The position numbers and the translations under genes are program-made. Positions 16,640 through 26,310 of a stretch of 64,000 bases of DNA are shown piece after piece. The notes under the pieces were generated by a model that saw nothing but the letters and a program-made list of their open reading frames with translations, ran no database searches and was not told where the DNA came from. Source of the DNA: Opitutales bacterium (lineage in GTDB: Bacteria; Verrucomicrobiota; Verrucomicrobiia; Opitutales; CAXXNP01). Each line of letters starts with the position of its first letter. The first letter of the stretch is position 1. The stretch spans positions 1,382,563 to 1,446,562 of the forward strand of contig OY762281.2 of NCBI GenBank assembly GCA_963665345.2, written 5' to 3'.

Positions 16640-18656
16640 CTCTTTCTCAACTGGGCGTCATTTTTGACCTAAGTCGTTGATAAACGACCAAAGGTCTCCA
16701 CTACATCTCGCTAGTTTTCGATTCGATTTTTGGTGGCGGTTGTGCAGGAAGTTCAAGCTTTAGCTGGTTGAGCAATAGCTTTTGATCCTTACTGGGCTCG
16801 GTGTAACGGGTGAGCACCACGGTGCGCCCGTCGGTGGTGGGTAGCTTTACATCGAGCATTTGCATCGCCGCCATTTTCGAAAGCACCTCGGCGGCAGTAA
16901 GACCAGGGGCCAGATCGCGCAAGCGACGCTTCAGAGTGACCCATAGGCAGTAAGCCAGGAAGCTGATAAAAATATGGGCCTCGATGCGATCGTCCCTTTG
17001 GTGATGGATGGGCCGGATGGAGAGGTCATTTTTCATTTCCTTGAAAACTTGCTCGATCTCAGTGAGTTGGATGTAGAGGTGCCAGAGGCGGTGCGGATTG
17101 TCGGCACTGAGGGTGCTGCGCAACAGGTAGCGGCCTTCCCGGCGATAGGCCTGACGGTAGTTCTTCCAGTTCAACCGGAAGCTCACCGGCGAGCCATTGG
17201 CGGGGCCATCCTCGGGGGCTACGGCAATGTCGAGTAAACGCCAGATCCGCGGGCCGGCTTCCTTCTTGGCTTCGCCCAGTTTAATGAGGATGGTATCGCG
17301 CTGGTAACGCCGCTTGCTATCGCGGAGCTTCTTGAGCCTCTCAAGCAATCGGCGCAAACCGCGCAGACGCATACCCTTTTCTTTGTGCAGACGCTCCTTG
17401 CTACGGGCCAAAACATAAGTTTCACCCCCCTCCCTGATGAGTTTTACGTCGATACCTGCACGCAGATTCTGCCACTGCTTTTGCAGCAACGATTGCTCGA
17501 ACTTGTCCAGCCACGAGCGCGGCGTACCCACCAGATAGTCGATCGGCGGGTCGCTTGCACGCATCTGGGCCAAAACCTCCTCGGTAGGTATTCCCCGATC
17601 CATGACCCAGATGCGCCGGGCCTTGCCGTAGGCCTTTTCGATGCGAGCAAGAAAATCGCCCAAGGTGGTTTGATCCAGGGTGTTACCGGGAAGCACTTCA
17701 TAGGCAATCGGAAAGCCCTCCGGGGTGACTACCAGGGCGATCACCACCTGCAGACAATCCCAACGTTTGTCTCGGCTGTAGCCGAACTTGCGGATTCGGC
17801 TCGAAGCCGCTGGTTCCTGGTTCGGATCACACTCGAAATAGGTGCTCGTCAGATCGTATAGCAGTACCTCGTAACGGGTGTTGAACAGATCGCTCCAGCG
17901 GTTGGTCAGGTGGCTGAACAGGGCCTTTTTGTGCTCCAGCAATCGATCGTGGCAGCGATACAGGGTGTTCTTCTCGGCCAAGGCGAAGTCTTCGCCCAGA
18001 AGATCGGCCATGGCTGATTGCTCATACCATTGGCGGTGCAGCCGCCACTCGCTTCCTGGATCGATCAGTCGATAGGCCACCAGGGTTTGCAACACATGGG
18101 CCCACCGCCTGCCTTGCCGGGAAGGCCTCACTCGCTCGCGCCAGAACTCACCCAACCCCAATTGTTCATAAAGCACGCAGGACAACCAGCACGCTCCCCA
18201 TTGCCGGGGCCGCTCTATCCTCAAATCTTTGAGCCGAATCCGTACGATGCTTTCCTCCTCGAGCGGCGGCGCCCGATCTTCGGGAAACAGCGCCACCTGC
18301 TCCGGCCGGGCACTACCCTCGGCAAAGATCTCGATACTCTTGCGCCAAGCGCTGCGCTGGCTGTCGTTGATCTCTCCAAGGTAGAGAACCTGCCTCTGCA
18401 CCACCCGACCGCCACCCACACGCTTATTCTCCACGATGTTCCAATAGCAATGCTCTTTGCCATCTTTGCGCCGACGATTGCACCTCAGAAACATGATGGC
18501 CCCCAATTATACAAACATATCGAGGCCTGGGAAGAGGGTAGGTCTACACTACAGGCTGTTCTGCCAACCTTCCCCCACTGTTTATGCGACTCGACAGCCC
18601 ATTTACCCCCGAAAAAAACTTTTTTAGAGGTTGAGTTGGTCAAGTCGGGCTAAGAT
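16640..18656 (-). mobile_element. IS1634-family insertion sequence (boundaries approximate)
   Basis: A single large transposase gene with about 60-150 bp flanks sits between two unrelated genes. I could not define terminal inverted repeats convincingly by eye. Confidence 0.55.
16701..18494 (-). CDS. IS1634-family DDE transposase
   Basis: MFLRCNRRRKDGKEHCYWNIVENKRV..RVVQRQVLYLGEIN is the characteristic IS1634 N-terminus, and the length is about 600 aa. I prefer the ATG at 18494 over the TTG at 18506. Confidence 0.88.
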   Translation of the reverse strand: MFLRCNRRRKDGKEHCYWNIVENKRVGGGRVVQRQVLYLGEINDSQRSAWRKSIEIFAEGSARPEQVALFPEDRAPPLEEESIVRIRLKDLRIERPRQWGACWLSCVLYEQLGLGEFWRERVRPSRQGRRWAHVLQTLVAYRLIDPGSEWRLHRQWYEQSAMADLLGEDFALAEKNTLYRCHDRLLEHKKALFSHLTNRWSDLFNTRYEVLLYDLTSTYFECDPNQEPAASSRIRKFGYSRDKRWDCLQVVIALVVTPEGFPIAYEVLPGNTLDQTTLGDFLARIEKAYGKARRIWVMDRGIPTEEVLAQMRASDPPIDYLVGTPRSWLDKFEQSLLQKQWQNLRAGIDVKLIREGGETYVLARSKERLHKEKGMRLRGLRRLLERLKKLRDSKRRYQRDTILIKLGEAKKEAGPRIWRLLDIAVAPEDGPANGSPVSFRLNWKNYRQAYRREGRYLLRSTLSADNPHRLWHLYIQLTEIEQVFKEMKNDLSIRPIHHQRDDRIEAHIFISFLAYCLWVTLKRRLRDLAPGLTAAEVLSKMAAMQMLDVKLPTTDGRTVVLTRYTEPSKDQKLLLNQLKLELPAQPPPKIESKTSEM

Positions 18657-18731
18657 CCTTTGCCTGAGTTTGATGTTGCCTCCGAGCTGGTTTCGAATTC
18701 CGTTCCAGTACTCCAACACTCTGCGCCGACT

Positions 18732-20348
18732 ATGATGAAACCCATCCTCCTGACTGATGAACAGATGCGCGAATTTATCGTCAACGGATACGTCGTACTA
18801 AATCCCGGTGTTCCCGACGAAATTCACGCGACGATATTCGAGAAACTCACAGGGATGTTCGATCAAGGTCCAAACCCCGGGAACAATGTGCTGCCGGCGG
18901 TGCCGGAAATGCGGCACGTACTGAACAGCCCTGAGGTGCGCGGTGCCTTGATCAGCCTCCTTGGTGAGGATTACATCGAACATCCCCACCGTTATTGCCA
19001 TCGTGTGGCCCCGACCATCGAGCGGCCGCGTGGTATCCGCGCGAAACTGGCGAAGAACTGCCACCAGGATTCCTACACGCCGATCGGCCATTCGCGACAG
19101 CACCTTATCCGCTACGCCCGTATCATGTACTACCCGCAGGACACACCGGTCGAGTTGGGGCCGACGCACGTTATACCCGGGACGCAGTATCAGAGCGCGC
19201 TCACGAAGGAAGATCGAAAACGGGCGATTCCTGTATTCGGTCGAGCAGGCACGGTTTCGATAACGCATTTCGACGTTGGGCACGCCGCCGGTGTGAGCTT
19301 GCTGAATCAACCCCGGCATATGATCAAATTCGTCTATATGCGGCTATCGGAGCCGATAGCGCCGTCATGGAACTGTCGGAGCAGGACGTGGCGGCGCCCA
19401 CGCAATGTCGAAGCCCCTTACGATCTGAACGTGGCTTGGTCTCACGTGTGGGATTGGATGGCGGGCAAGCGTGATCGGTATGAGAGCCTCGGGAATGGCC
19501 GTAGATGTGCATCGGCGGACGCGATCTCGCGGCTGATCCAGGAGTTGCCCAGGAACCGGCGGTTACCCGTGCGTCTTGAGGCGATCCGGCAACTGGCGTG
19601 GGAGCGTGCGAGAGCCGCTGCGGCGGTGCCCGCGCTGTTGAAGGTGTTGAACGTGGATCACCAGGCGGTGCGCATCGCTGCTACGTACGCATTGGGGGCG
19701 ATCGGTGAATCCGTGGTTGAGCCCCTGGTCGATCGCCTTAAGGAATCGGGACGGCTCGAGGATGGGCACGCCGTGCCTCGGCCCTGGGACGAACGAGCCA
19801 CCTCCATGCAGGATGAGGCGCACGCTTTGGGTGCAATTGGCGCTCCCGCGGTGCGAGCCCTCACAGAGCTACTCGAATGCGAGTTTGAGTGGACGCGAAT
19901 CAATGCCGCTTTCGCGCTTGGCGAGATGGACTCTGCAGCCGTTGATGGGGTTCCTGCGCTGACGCGTTGTCTCAAGGATGAATCCCATTGCCTGGTGCGC
20001 ACGGTGTTGGATTCACTGGGTGCTATACGGCAGCGGGTGTCTGTATCGGAGATAGGCCGACTTCTGGAAAACGGTCGCGACGAATGGGCTGCGCCGTTGC
20101 TCCGCGGTTGGTCCGCGCGCGACCAGGTCCGGACCAATGCGGCAATGGCTTGCGCGCGTCTTGGCGAGGACGCTGCTCCCGCTGAAGCCGCCCTGACGCG
20201 TGCATTGGATGATCCCTGCGGGCACGTGGGAGCCTTTGCGGCCTACGCCCTGGAGGGTATCGGAACGCCGACTGCAGCGGCTTCGGTTCGGGATTATCTC
20301 TTCGCCCAGCGGTGGGATGCTTCCCTGAAGGGGCCACATATGTTTTGA
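18732..20348 (+). CDS. phytanoyl-CoA dioxygenase (PhyH)-like domain fused to C-terminal HEAT/PBS-lyase-type repeats
   Basis: The N-terminal part, LTDEQMREFIVNGYVVL...HQD...H, is PhyH-like. The C-terminal roughly 280 aa are repeated A(V/A)PAL..L.D....VR..A..ALG.IG units. Start set at MMKPILL (18732). Confidence 0.75.
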   Translation: MMKPILLTDEQMREFIVNGYVVLNPGVPDEIHATIFEKLTGMFDQGPNPGNNVLPAVPEMRHVLNSPEVRGALISLLGEDYIEHPHRYCHRVAPTIERPRGIRAKLAKNCHQDSYTPIGHSRQHLIRYARIMYYPQDTPVELGPTHVIPGTQYQSALTKEDRKRAIPVFGRAGTVSITHFDVGHAAGVSLLNQPRHMIKFVYMRLSEPIAPSWNCRSRTWRRPRNVEAPYDLNVAWSHVWDWMAGKRDRYESLGNGRRCASADAISRLIQELPRNRRLPVRLEAIRQLAWERARAAAAVPALLKVLNVDHQAVRIAATYALGAIGESVVEPLVDRLKESGRLEDGHAVPRPWDERATSMQDEAHALGAIGAPAVRALTELLECEFEWTRINAAFALGEMDSAAVDGVPALTRCLKDESHCLVRTVLDSLGAIRQRVSVSEIGRLLENGRDEWAAPLLRGWSARDQVRTNAAMACARLGEDAAPAEAALTRALDDPCGHVGAFAAYALEGIGTPTAAASVRDYLFAQRWDASLKGPHMF

Positions 20349-20750
20349 CGCCGGGGTCGATTGCCGACCTGTCGGCGTTTGAATCAGGGCTCCGAAGGCT
20401 GTCGGGGTGCGGATTCGGGGGCTTGGTCCCCCCAGGGCGGTGCCGGTTACCGGCCTGCCACCTTTGTCCCTGGGCCCGACTCGAGTTGAAGGCGTTCCTC
20501 TCCGTCTGGAGGCGACAACCGTTCCGGTGGAGGGCCGAGGGCTCTCGAGGCCGGGAATGCGGCGTGCCTGAAAACTTAGGGGTTTTTTCTGCCGACGGGT
20601 CTATGCGATGGCAGCGCCGCCGATTCTACTGCCGAACCTGGAGCGACTGGCGCTGCGGCGGGCGAACCGGTCGGGGGCTGTGGAGCGGACAGCGGCCGGG
20701 GCTCAAGCGATCAATGTGCCGGATGAGCGGATCCGGGAAGGAGGATAAAT

Positions 20751-20771
20751 TGTCAGACATAAAATTGGTTG
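20751..20771 (+). repeat. left copy of the 21-nt direct repeat bracketing the AbiE module
   Basis: TGTCAGACATAAAATTGGTTG versus TGTCAGACAGAAAATTGATTG at 22435-22455 (19/21 identical). Confidence 0.55.
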
Positions 20772-20982
20772 CTGGGAATGGGTGCATAATCTGATTTAAG
20801 AGGTTCGCGGGCCTCGGCTTCACTGCCGGAACAATGTTTCGGGTGCCTCCCTGAATTCTCGACGCCTCGAAGAAATATAGGTGTCCTCTAATCTCGATTC
20901 ATAAATTCAACAGTTAAAAAGTTAATTATTCGAATCCTGACCTCCTCGTCCTCGCGCTCGTCTGTTTCCTCCGATAATTAAT

Positions 20983-21014
20983 ACGCATAGTTGACACAAA
21001 TGTCAACTATGCGT
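20983..21014. promoter_or_regulatory. perfect 14-bp inverted repeat (candidate operator overlapping a TTGACA -35 box) upstream of abiEii
   Basis: ACGCATAGTTGACA caaa TGTCAACTATGCGT, 24 nt upstream of the ATG at 21038. Confidence 0.5.
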
Positions 21015-21037
21015 AATGTAATTGCCATCGATCCGCG

Positions 21038-21802
21038 ATGAACATGTACGAGGCAAGGCAGTATATCGAACTCTTCAACCTGCTGTTCCTGGACTTCCTC
21101 GGACGTAAGTTGGACAAGAGGCGCTATGTCCTTAAGGGCGGCTGTAATCTGCGATTCTTCATGAAGAGTTTCCGGTATTCGGAAGACATGGACATCGATG
21201 TCCAGGACATTCCGAAGCAGAAGCTGTCCGATACCGTTGACTTGATCTTGAATTCCAGATCCTTCGCCCAGGTCCTGCAAATCAATGAAATGGGCCTGGA
21301 GAGATATTCGGCGCCGAAGCAAACGGAGACGACCCAACGATGGAAAATGCTGCTCAAGGTAAGGGGCGTCGATGTCCTCTTGAATACAAAGACCGAGTTC
21401 TCGCGCCGGGGAGTGAGTCAGGAGCACGTCTTTGAGGCCATTGATCCTCTCCTGGTGGGCGCATATTCGCTAGCTCCGATTCTAACGAACCACTACACGC
21501 CTCACGCCGCATACAAGCAGAAGGTGGAAGCCCTGATCACAAGATCTGCGACGCAGGCACGGGACGTCTTTGATCTCTACCTTCTACTGTCTACCGGCGT
21601 CGATTCGCAACTCGATGACTTCAAGCTGAACGACTGTCTTGGCGAGGCGGCATCGAACGCCATGTCCGTCACATTCGATATTTTCAAAGCGCAAGTTTTC
21701 TCCTACCTGCATCCCGATTACCAGTCAAACTATGACTCACAAGATCTGTGGGACGACATGGTTCTTAAAGTGGCTGAGGCTATTGAGGAAGCGGCGCAAT
21801 GA
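21038..21802 (+). CDS. abiEii: nucleotidyltransferase AbiEii/AbiGii-family toxin (DUF1814)
   Basis: YVLKGGCNLRFFMKSFRYSEDMDIDV matches the KGGTAL...R.S.D.D nucleotidyltransferase signature of the family. Length is about 250 aa. Confidence 0.85.
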   Translation: MNMYEARQYIELFNLLFLDFLGRKLDKRRYVLKGGCNLRFFMKSFRYSEDMDIDVQDIPKQKLSDTVDLILNSRSFAQVLQINEMGLERYSAPKQTETTQRWKMLLKVRGVDVLLNTKTEFSRRGVSQEHVFEAIDPLLVGAYSLAPILTNHYTPHAAYKQKVEALITRSATQARDVFDLYLLLSTGVDSQLDDFKLNDCLGEAASNAMSVTFDIFKAQVFSYLHPDYQSNYDSQDLWDDMVLKVAEAIEEAAQ

Positions 21803-22416
21803 GACTTGACGAAGCACTCGCTCGAATTCGGCAGACGGGACAGATGGTCATGAGAACGGCTGACGTAATGGCGCTTCTGGATGTGAACAAGGACCACGCC
21901 GGCCAGATCCTGTCTCGCTTGGCCGGGTCCGGGCATCTCCTGCGACTGAAACGGGGCCTGTGGCTGGTCTCCGAGACGCGGAATCCGCTTCTGCTTGTCG
22001 ACTATCTGACGGCGCCATTTCCGTCGTACATATCCCTTCAGACGGCGCTGTACCGCCATGGAATGGTTTCGCAGATGCCGGCTGTCATCTACTGTGTGTC
22101 GCCGGCACGGTCACGGGTCTATGCCACACCGGTCGGCACATTCTCAGTACATCGTATCTCCGAGCGTTTCTTCTGTGGATTTCAACGACCGGGCGACGGT
22201 GGAACGAAAATGGCGTCTCCGGAGAAGGCCCTATTGGATTTTCTTTACCTGAGTTCCACCAAGACGAGGCTTTTCGTCACCTTGCCGGAATTGGATCTGT
22301 CGACTGGCTTCAGCTTCCGGAAGGCTCAGCGGCTCTTGTGCTGCATCCCGTCACCGCAACGTCGAACGATGGTAGAGCGTAAGCTTCGCAATCTGGAAAG
22401 AGCGTTTTCAAGCTGA
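21799..22416 (+). CDS. abiEi: AbiEi-family antitoxin-like transcriptional regulator
   Basis: An N-terminal wHTH ends in the family-typical LRLKRGLWLV. The ATG overlaps the abiEii stop (ATGA). Confidence 0.8.
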   Translation: MRLDEALARIRQTGQMVMRTADVMALLDVNKDHAGQILSRLAGSGHLLRLKRGLWLVSETRNPLLLVDYLTAPFPSYISLQTALYRHGMVSQMPAVIYCVSPARSRVYATPVGTFSVHRISERFFCGFQRPGDGGTKMASPEKALLDFLYLSSTKTRLFVTLPELDLSTGFSFRKAQRLLCCIPSPQRRTMVERKLRNLERAFSS

Positions 22417-22434
22417 GAACGGTATTATATTATC

Positions 22435-22455
22435 TGTCAGACAGAAAATTGATTG
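22435..22455 (+). repeat. right copy of the 21-nt direct repeat bracketing the AbiE module
   Basis: TGTCAGACAGAAAATTGATTG, 19 nt after the abiEi stop. Confidence 0.55.
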
Positions 22456-22561
22456 ACGGAATTGCAGTGCAGGGGAAGTGATGGGCAGGGTTGCGGTTGC
22501 AAGAACACTTCTCCGGACGACGCCTGATCGCGAAGGGTAAGAAGCGATGAATGCCGGGTAG

Positions 22562-25342
22562 CTACCCATCCTGCCGCTTTTCAAACCGCTCGACATTCTG
22601 CATGAGGCGAAGCACCAGAATGCGTGCGAGGTTGAGGTTCAGGCGAGAGGAAAGGTGCGGATAAAATCGTTGTATCTTGGACAGTGATTCCCAATCGATG
22701 GCCAGGAGCTTGGAGTCGGTAATGGCGCTGATGTCGGCAGTGCGTTCACTCTTTGAAATGAGTGCGATTTCTCCGAAAACGTCGCCCAGGGTAAGTTTCT
22801 GAAGGACGGTGCGTTCATTGGCGATGATCTTAGAGACTTCCAGTTCGCCATCGATAACGACGTACATGAGGTCGCCCCATTCGCCTTCACGGATTACTTC
22901 GGCACCGGCAGTGGCATCTTCCAGGTGGGAGAGGAGAATGACCTTCTTTACTTGCCAAGGGCTCATGCCGGAGAAGAGAGGCGAGCGGTTGCGCAGCGTT
23001 TCCCGCAGTTGCATACCGAGGATCTCCCACAGCGTAATAAGCCGAATTTTTGAGAAAAGAATGGGTGTCAGCACGAGGTCGACGATAACTGCGATAATAA
23101 GCACAAAAGCGCCGAGCAGACCAAACTGCATTACCGGGACAAAGCTGGAAGCGCCCAGGACTACAAAACCGGCTGCGAGACCCAGCGAGGTCACAAGGAC
23201 GGGCAACACCTCCGCGCGAAGGGCCCGGCCGAGCGCCTGATGTTCATCTTTGAGGTACTTCAATTCCCGGTGATAACGGACCATGAGGTGGAGGGTATCA
23301 TCAATACCGATTCCTAAGGTGATGGCCGCGATCATACTGGTGCCGACGTTCAAGGGTATGTTAAAAAGTCCCATCACGCCGAACATGACTGCGACGGAAA
23401 ACAGATTGGCCAGCACTGCTAGAATGCCGCAACGGATAGAAACGAAAAGGCCGCTGACAATAATGAATAGGAGCAGAGAAATCCCACCGAGTGAATATAT
23501 TTGGCCGCCCACTACGCGATCGACGGCGGCCGATACGAGGACGGACTTTCCCGTCAGCGTGTAAACAAAAGTTCCTATTTTCCCGCTGTCGAGGACCTGG
23601 CGAATTTCATCCATGAGTTCGTTGAAATGCGTGGTGTCACTGATACTGGTTCGGATTATGATATTGGCCTGCGAGTAGTCGTGAGTGATATAGGGCGTAA
23701 GGTCGCTGCGATGAAAAAAGAGTAGATATTGTGCGATCAAATTGTCGGAAGCGGGAACAACGAAATCTTCCTGTTCGCCGCCACGCATTTCCATGTTCAC
23801 GAGGCTCAATATGTCGGCCAGGGAGATCACGGAATCAAACTCCCGGATTTGCTTCAGACGTGCACCCAGGGCACTGACTTTTCTCAGCTTTGATGAAGAT
23901 TTAAATTCGCCCTCATTGCCCTTCAGGGTCAGGTAGACGACCTTTGAACCCGAGAGTTTAAAAGCCAATCGACTGAGGCGTTGGTATAGGGTGGAGTCTT
24001 CGCGGAGGAAAGAGATCAGGTCGTTACTGACACGAATATTCCGACCCAGGAACACACAGACCATGGCGATCAGGAAAAAGACGGCGGATACTGCCAGGGG
24101 GCGCCGTGCGAATTTATCCATGACAAGGGAGGAAAAACGGTCGAGAGGTGAAGTGTTTCCGCTATCATCAGTGGGCGAAGGGATGGATGCTTGCGACCGG
24201 CTCTTTCCTAAACTGAGAAAGGCCGGGAGGAGCAGCAGCGAGATGCCGAATCGCGCTGCCATAGCGATGCCGGCGGTTATGCCAAACTGCTGCATCACAG
24301 GTACTTCGGTCAACCCCGTGGCCGAAAAACCGAGAACCGTGGTGAGTGCAGTGAGCAGCAGCGTGAGACCGATCCGGCGACCCGTTAAATAGATGGCTGA
24401 CGATCCGTCCTTGTTCTGTTTTCGAAGCTCGCGATATTCGACCAGGACGTGAATGTCCTCCGTTGCGCCTACGATGAGGATGAGCGCGGGAATTATGTAG
24501 TTCAACATATTCACCGGGAGGTCGAACAGGGCCATGATACCGGCGGTCCAAATGGAAGTGACAACGGCGTTAGCAAGAGGTATGAGGGCCGCGACAATAC
24601 TCTTGAGGGTAATCGCAATCAGGAGCATCAGAATTAGTCCCGAGAGGGGGAGCAGGAAGAGTTGATCTTTTATCAGAAACCGGGAAAGGTTGGCTTGGAG
24701 GGCGGGCGATCCGAATTGAAAGACCCTGTCGAAGTCGGATTCATATTTCTGGATAACCTTCTCGACCTCGTTGAATATGGTTTTGTCGGCACTCGCTTCG
24801 GCGCGGCGTCGCTCCCGCTCGTCGAGAACGTTCTCAGGATCTTCGGAATTCAGGTACAGGGTAAACAAGGTAGCTTGACCCTTGGTCGAAATCACGTTTC
24901 CCCGCATAAGCGGATTCTCCCTGGCTTGCTTGATGCGCGAACTCAGGTCGTCCTGATTTTCGGGAATGGGATCGAGCAGTGGTCCGATTTCGAGCCAGCC
25001 CTCTCGACTTTCGATATGGTTCAGGGTGAAGAGGCTTTCGACGCGCCGGACCTGCTCGAGAGCTCCCAGATCCTGACCCAATTGCGCCAGTCGCTTGACC
25101 GCTTCTACGGTAAAAAGCTGGCCGTCATCGACGTAGACGGCAGCGATCTTATCGGAACCGAAAGCTTTCTGTACCTGTGCGTACTCCTGGTGCAGCGGTC
25201 CTTTTCGGGGCAGGAGGCTGTCTGAGGATACGTCGATCTCCAGGTTGCGAGCAAAGAAGAAACCGATAAGCCCCGTGAGCAACAGGGTGATCGCAAGTAC
25301 CCTGATGGGGCGATCGTAGCTGAACTTGAGAATCCTGCCCAC
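22562..25342 (-). CDS. RND-superfamily (MMPL/COG1033-type) exporter with a C-terminal cyclic-nucleotide-binding domain
   Basis: 926 aa comprising two 6-TM bundles with large loops, in an MMPL-like layout. The last roughly 150 aa carry a cNMP-binding fold with the phosphate-binding cassette FGEIALISKSERTADISA. Confidence 0.8.
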   Translation of the reverse strand: MGRILKFSYDRPIRVLAITLLLTGLIGFFFARNLEIDVSSDSLLPRKGPLHQEYAQVQKAFGSDKIAAVYVDDGQLFTVEAVKRLAQLGQDLGALEQVRRVESLFTLNHIESREGWLEIGPLLDPIPENQDDLSSRIKQARENPLMRGNVISTKGQATLFTLYLNSEDPENVLDERERRRAEASADKTIFNEVEKVIQKYESDFDRVFQFGSPALQANLSRFLIKDQLFLLPLSGLILMLLIAITLKSIVAALIPLANAVVTSIWTAGIMALFDLPVNMLNYIIPALILIVGATEDIHVLVEYRELRKQNKDGSSAIYLTGRRIGLTLLLTALTTVLGFSATGLTEVPVMQQFGITAGIAMAARFGISLLLLPAFLSLGKSRSQASIPSPTDDSGNTSPLDRFSSLVMDKFARRPLAVSAVFFLIAMVCVFLGRNIRVSNDLISFLREDSTLYQRLSRLAFKLSGSKVVYLTLKGNEGEFKSSSKLRKVSALGARLKQIREFDSVISLADILSLVNMEMRGGEQEDFVVPASDNLIAQYLLFFHRSDLTPYITHDYSQANIIIRTSISDTTHFNELMDEIRQVLDSGKIGTFVYTLTGKSVLVSAAVDRVVGGQIYSLGGISLLLFIIVSGLFVSIRCGILAVLANLFSVAVMFGVMGLFNIPLNVGTSMIAAITLGIGIDDTLHLMVRYHRELKYLKDEHQALGRALRAEVLPVLVTSLGLAAGFVVLGASSFVPVMQFGLLGAFVLIIAVIVDLVLTPILFSKIRLITLWEILGMQLRETLRNRSPLFSGMSPWQVKKVILLSHLEDATAGAEVIREGEWGDLMYVVIDGELEVSKIIANERTVLQKLTLGDVFGEIALISKSERTADISAITDSKLLAIDWESLSKIQRFYPHLSSRLNLNLARILVLRLMQNVERFEKRQDG

Positions 25343-25344
25343 GT

Positions 25345-26214
25345 CTACCCGGATCCGGCCAGAATAGCGTCAATCTCTTTGTCGTAAGCGGACTTCCAGT
25401 TTTCAATCGCCTCTTTACTGAAATACTTGGCAGGCACGGGAATGTCGTAGCGCCCCTTAGTAACCACAAGCATGGAATGGGTTTTTTTCTGATGGTGATC
25501 CATCCGGAAACGGTGCGGTTGAAAAACGGGATACTGGTTCCCCGGTTCATTTCGATAGTCCGAGATGCTCAGGGTCTTGATTTTCTGGCCGGAGCGGTCC
25601 AGGAAATCGATCTTGAGGAGATGAAAATCATTGTGCGAAACCCAAAGTTCGCGTGATGCGTAGCTCGTCGACCGGCGTTTTTCTGAAGAGGCGGGCTTGG
25701 CAATGATGTGGTATGTCCTGGTGTCGTCGATGGTGGCGTCAAACTGGCGCTCGTACTCGAAATCACTAGGATTTTCCCGAAGCAGGTCTTCATAGGCAAA
25801 GTCCGAACCCATGAAATAGCCCTTCTTGCCGCTTCCCACGATTCGCTTGGTCTGGCCAAGGGCGGACATGTAGACATATTGCGTCGTATTCCCCTTGTCA
25901 GACTGGTCGCTCAGAAGGGCCACTCCCGCGATCTCGGGCGGGCCCATAAATCTCAGCAACGATTTCCAAGAGCCGCCGTCCCCGGACCTGATCATACGTA
26001 ATACCTTGCGAGTCTCTACGTTTCCCCGACTATCAAGGGTAACCATTTTGATCACCTCGACCTGGGATCGAAAGCGGGTGCGCTCGATATACTTGTCGAT
26101 AATGGTACGCGCGCCGAGTCCGGACCCACGAAATCCAGAGAGGCAGGCCAAGGCAAGTCCTCCAAGAATTAAGGCCAACCAGAAGCTTTTTCGGAATAGG
26201 GTGTTTGACACCAT
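25345..26214 (-). CDS. LolA-like outer-membrane lipoprotein-sorting family protein
   Basis: Signal peptide present. The gene sits 3 nt upstream of the exporter, the usual partner arrangement for COG1033 exporters. Size and pattern (..MVTLDSRGNVETRKV..) fit the LolA_like family. Confidence 0.7.
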   Translation of the reverse strand: MVSNTLFRKSFWLALILGGLALACLSGFRGSGLGARTIIDKYIERTRFRSQVEVIKMVTLDSRGNVETRKVLRMIRSGDGGSWKSLLRFMGPPEIAGVALLSDQSDKGNTTQYVYMSALGQTKRIVGSGKKGYFMGSDFAYEDLLRENPSDFEYERQFDATIDDTRTYHIIAKPASSEKRRSTSYASRELWVSHNDFHLLKIDFLDRSGQKIKTLSISDYRNEPGNQYPVFQPHRFRMDHHQKKTHSMLVVTKGRYDIPVPAKYFSKEAIENWKSAYDKEIDAILAGSG

Positions 26215-26310
26215 CGGCGTGCTCGGTTCGTGAGCATGCCGATCCTAGGGCCACCGACCTGACGTTCAATCTTTTTGTGGTTCCGGTTGAACGGGAAGGC
26301 GCGATCCGGT

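Noticed and set aside
20312-20794. 160-aa ORF in the GC-rich spacer after the PhyH-HEAT gene
   Set aside because: The composition is Cys/Arg/Gly/Trp-rich, there is no start context and no domain, and it overlaps the left direct repeat of the AbiE cassette. I treat it as non-coding, although the function of this 400-nt spacer is unexplained.
22562-23020. cNMP-binding domain as a Pycsar/CBASS-type effector
   Set aside because: No nucleotide cyclase or CD-NTase gene is adjacent. The domain is fused to a full-size RND exporter in an envelope-type operon, not to a small TM or TIR effector.
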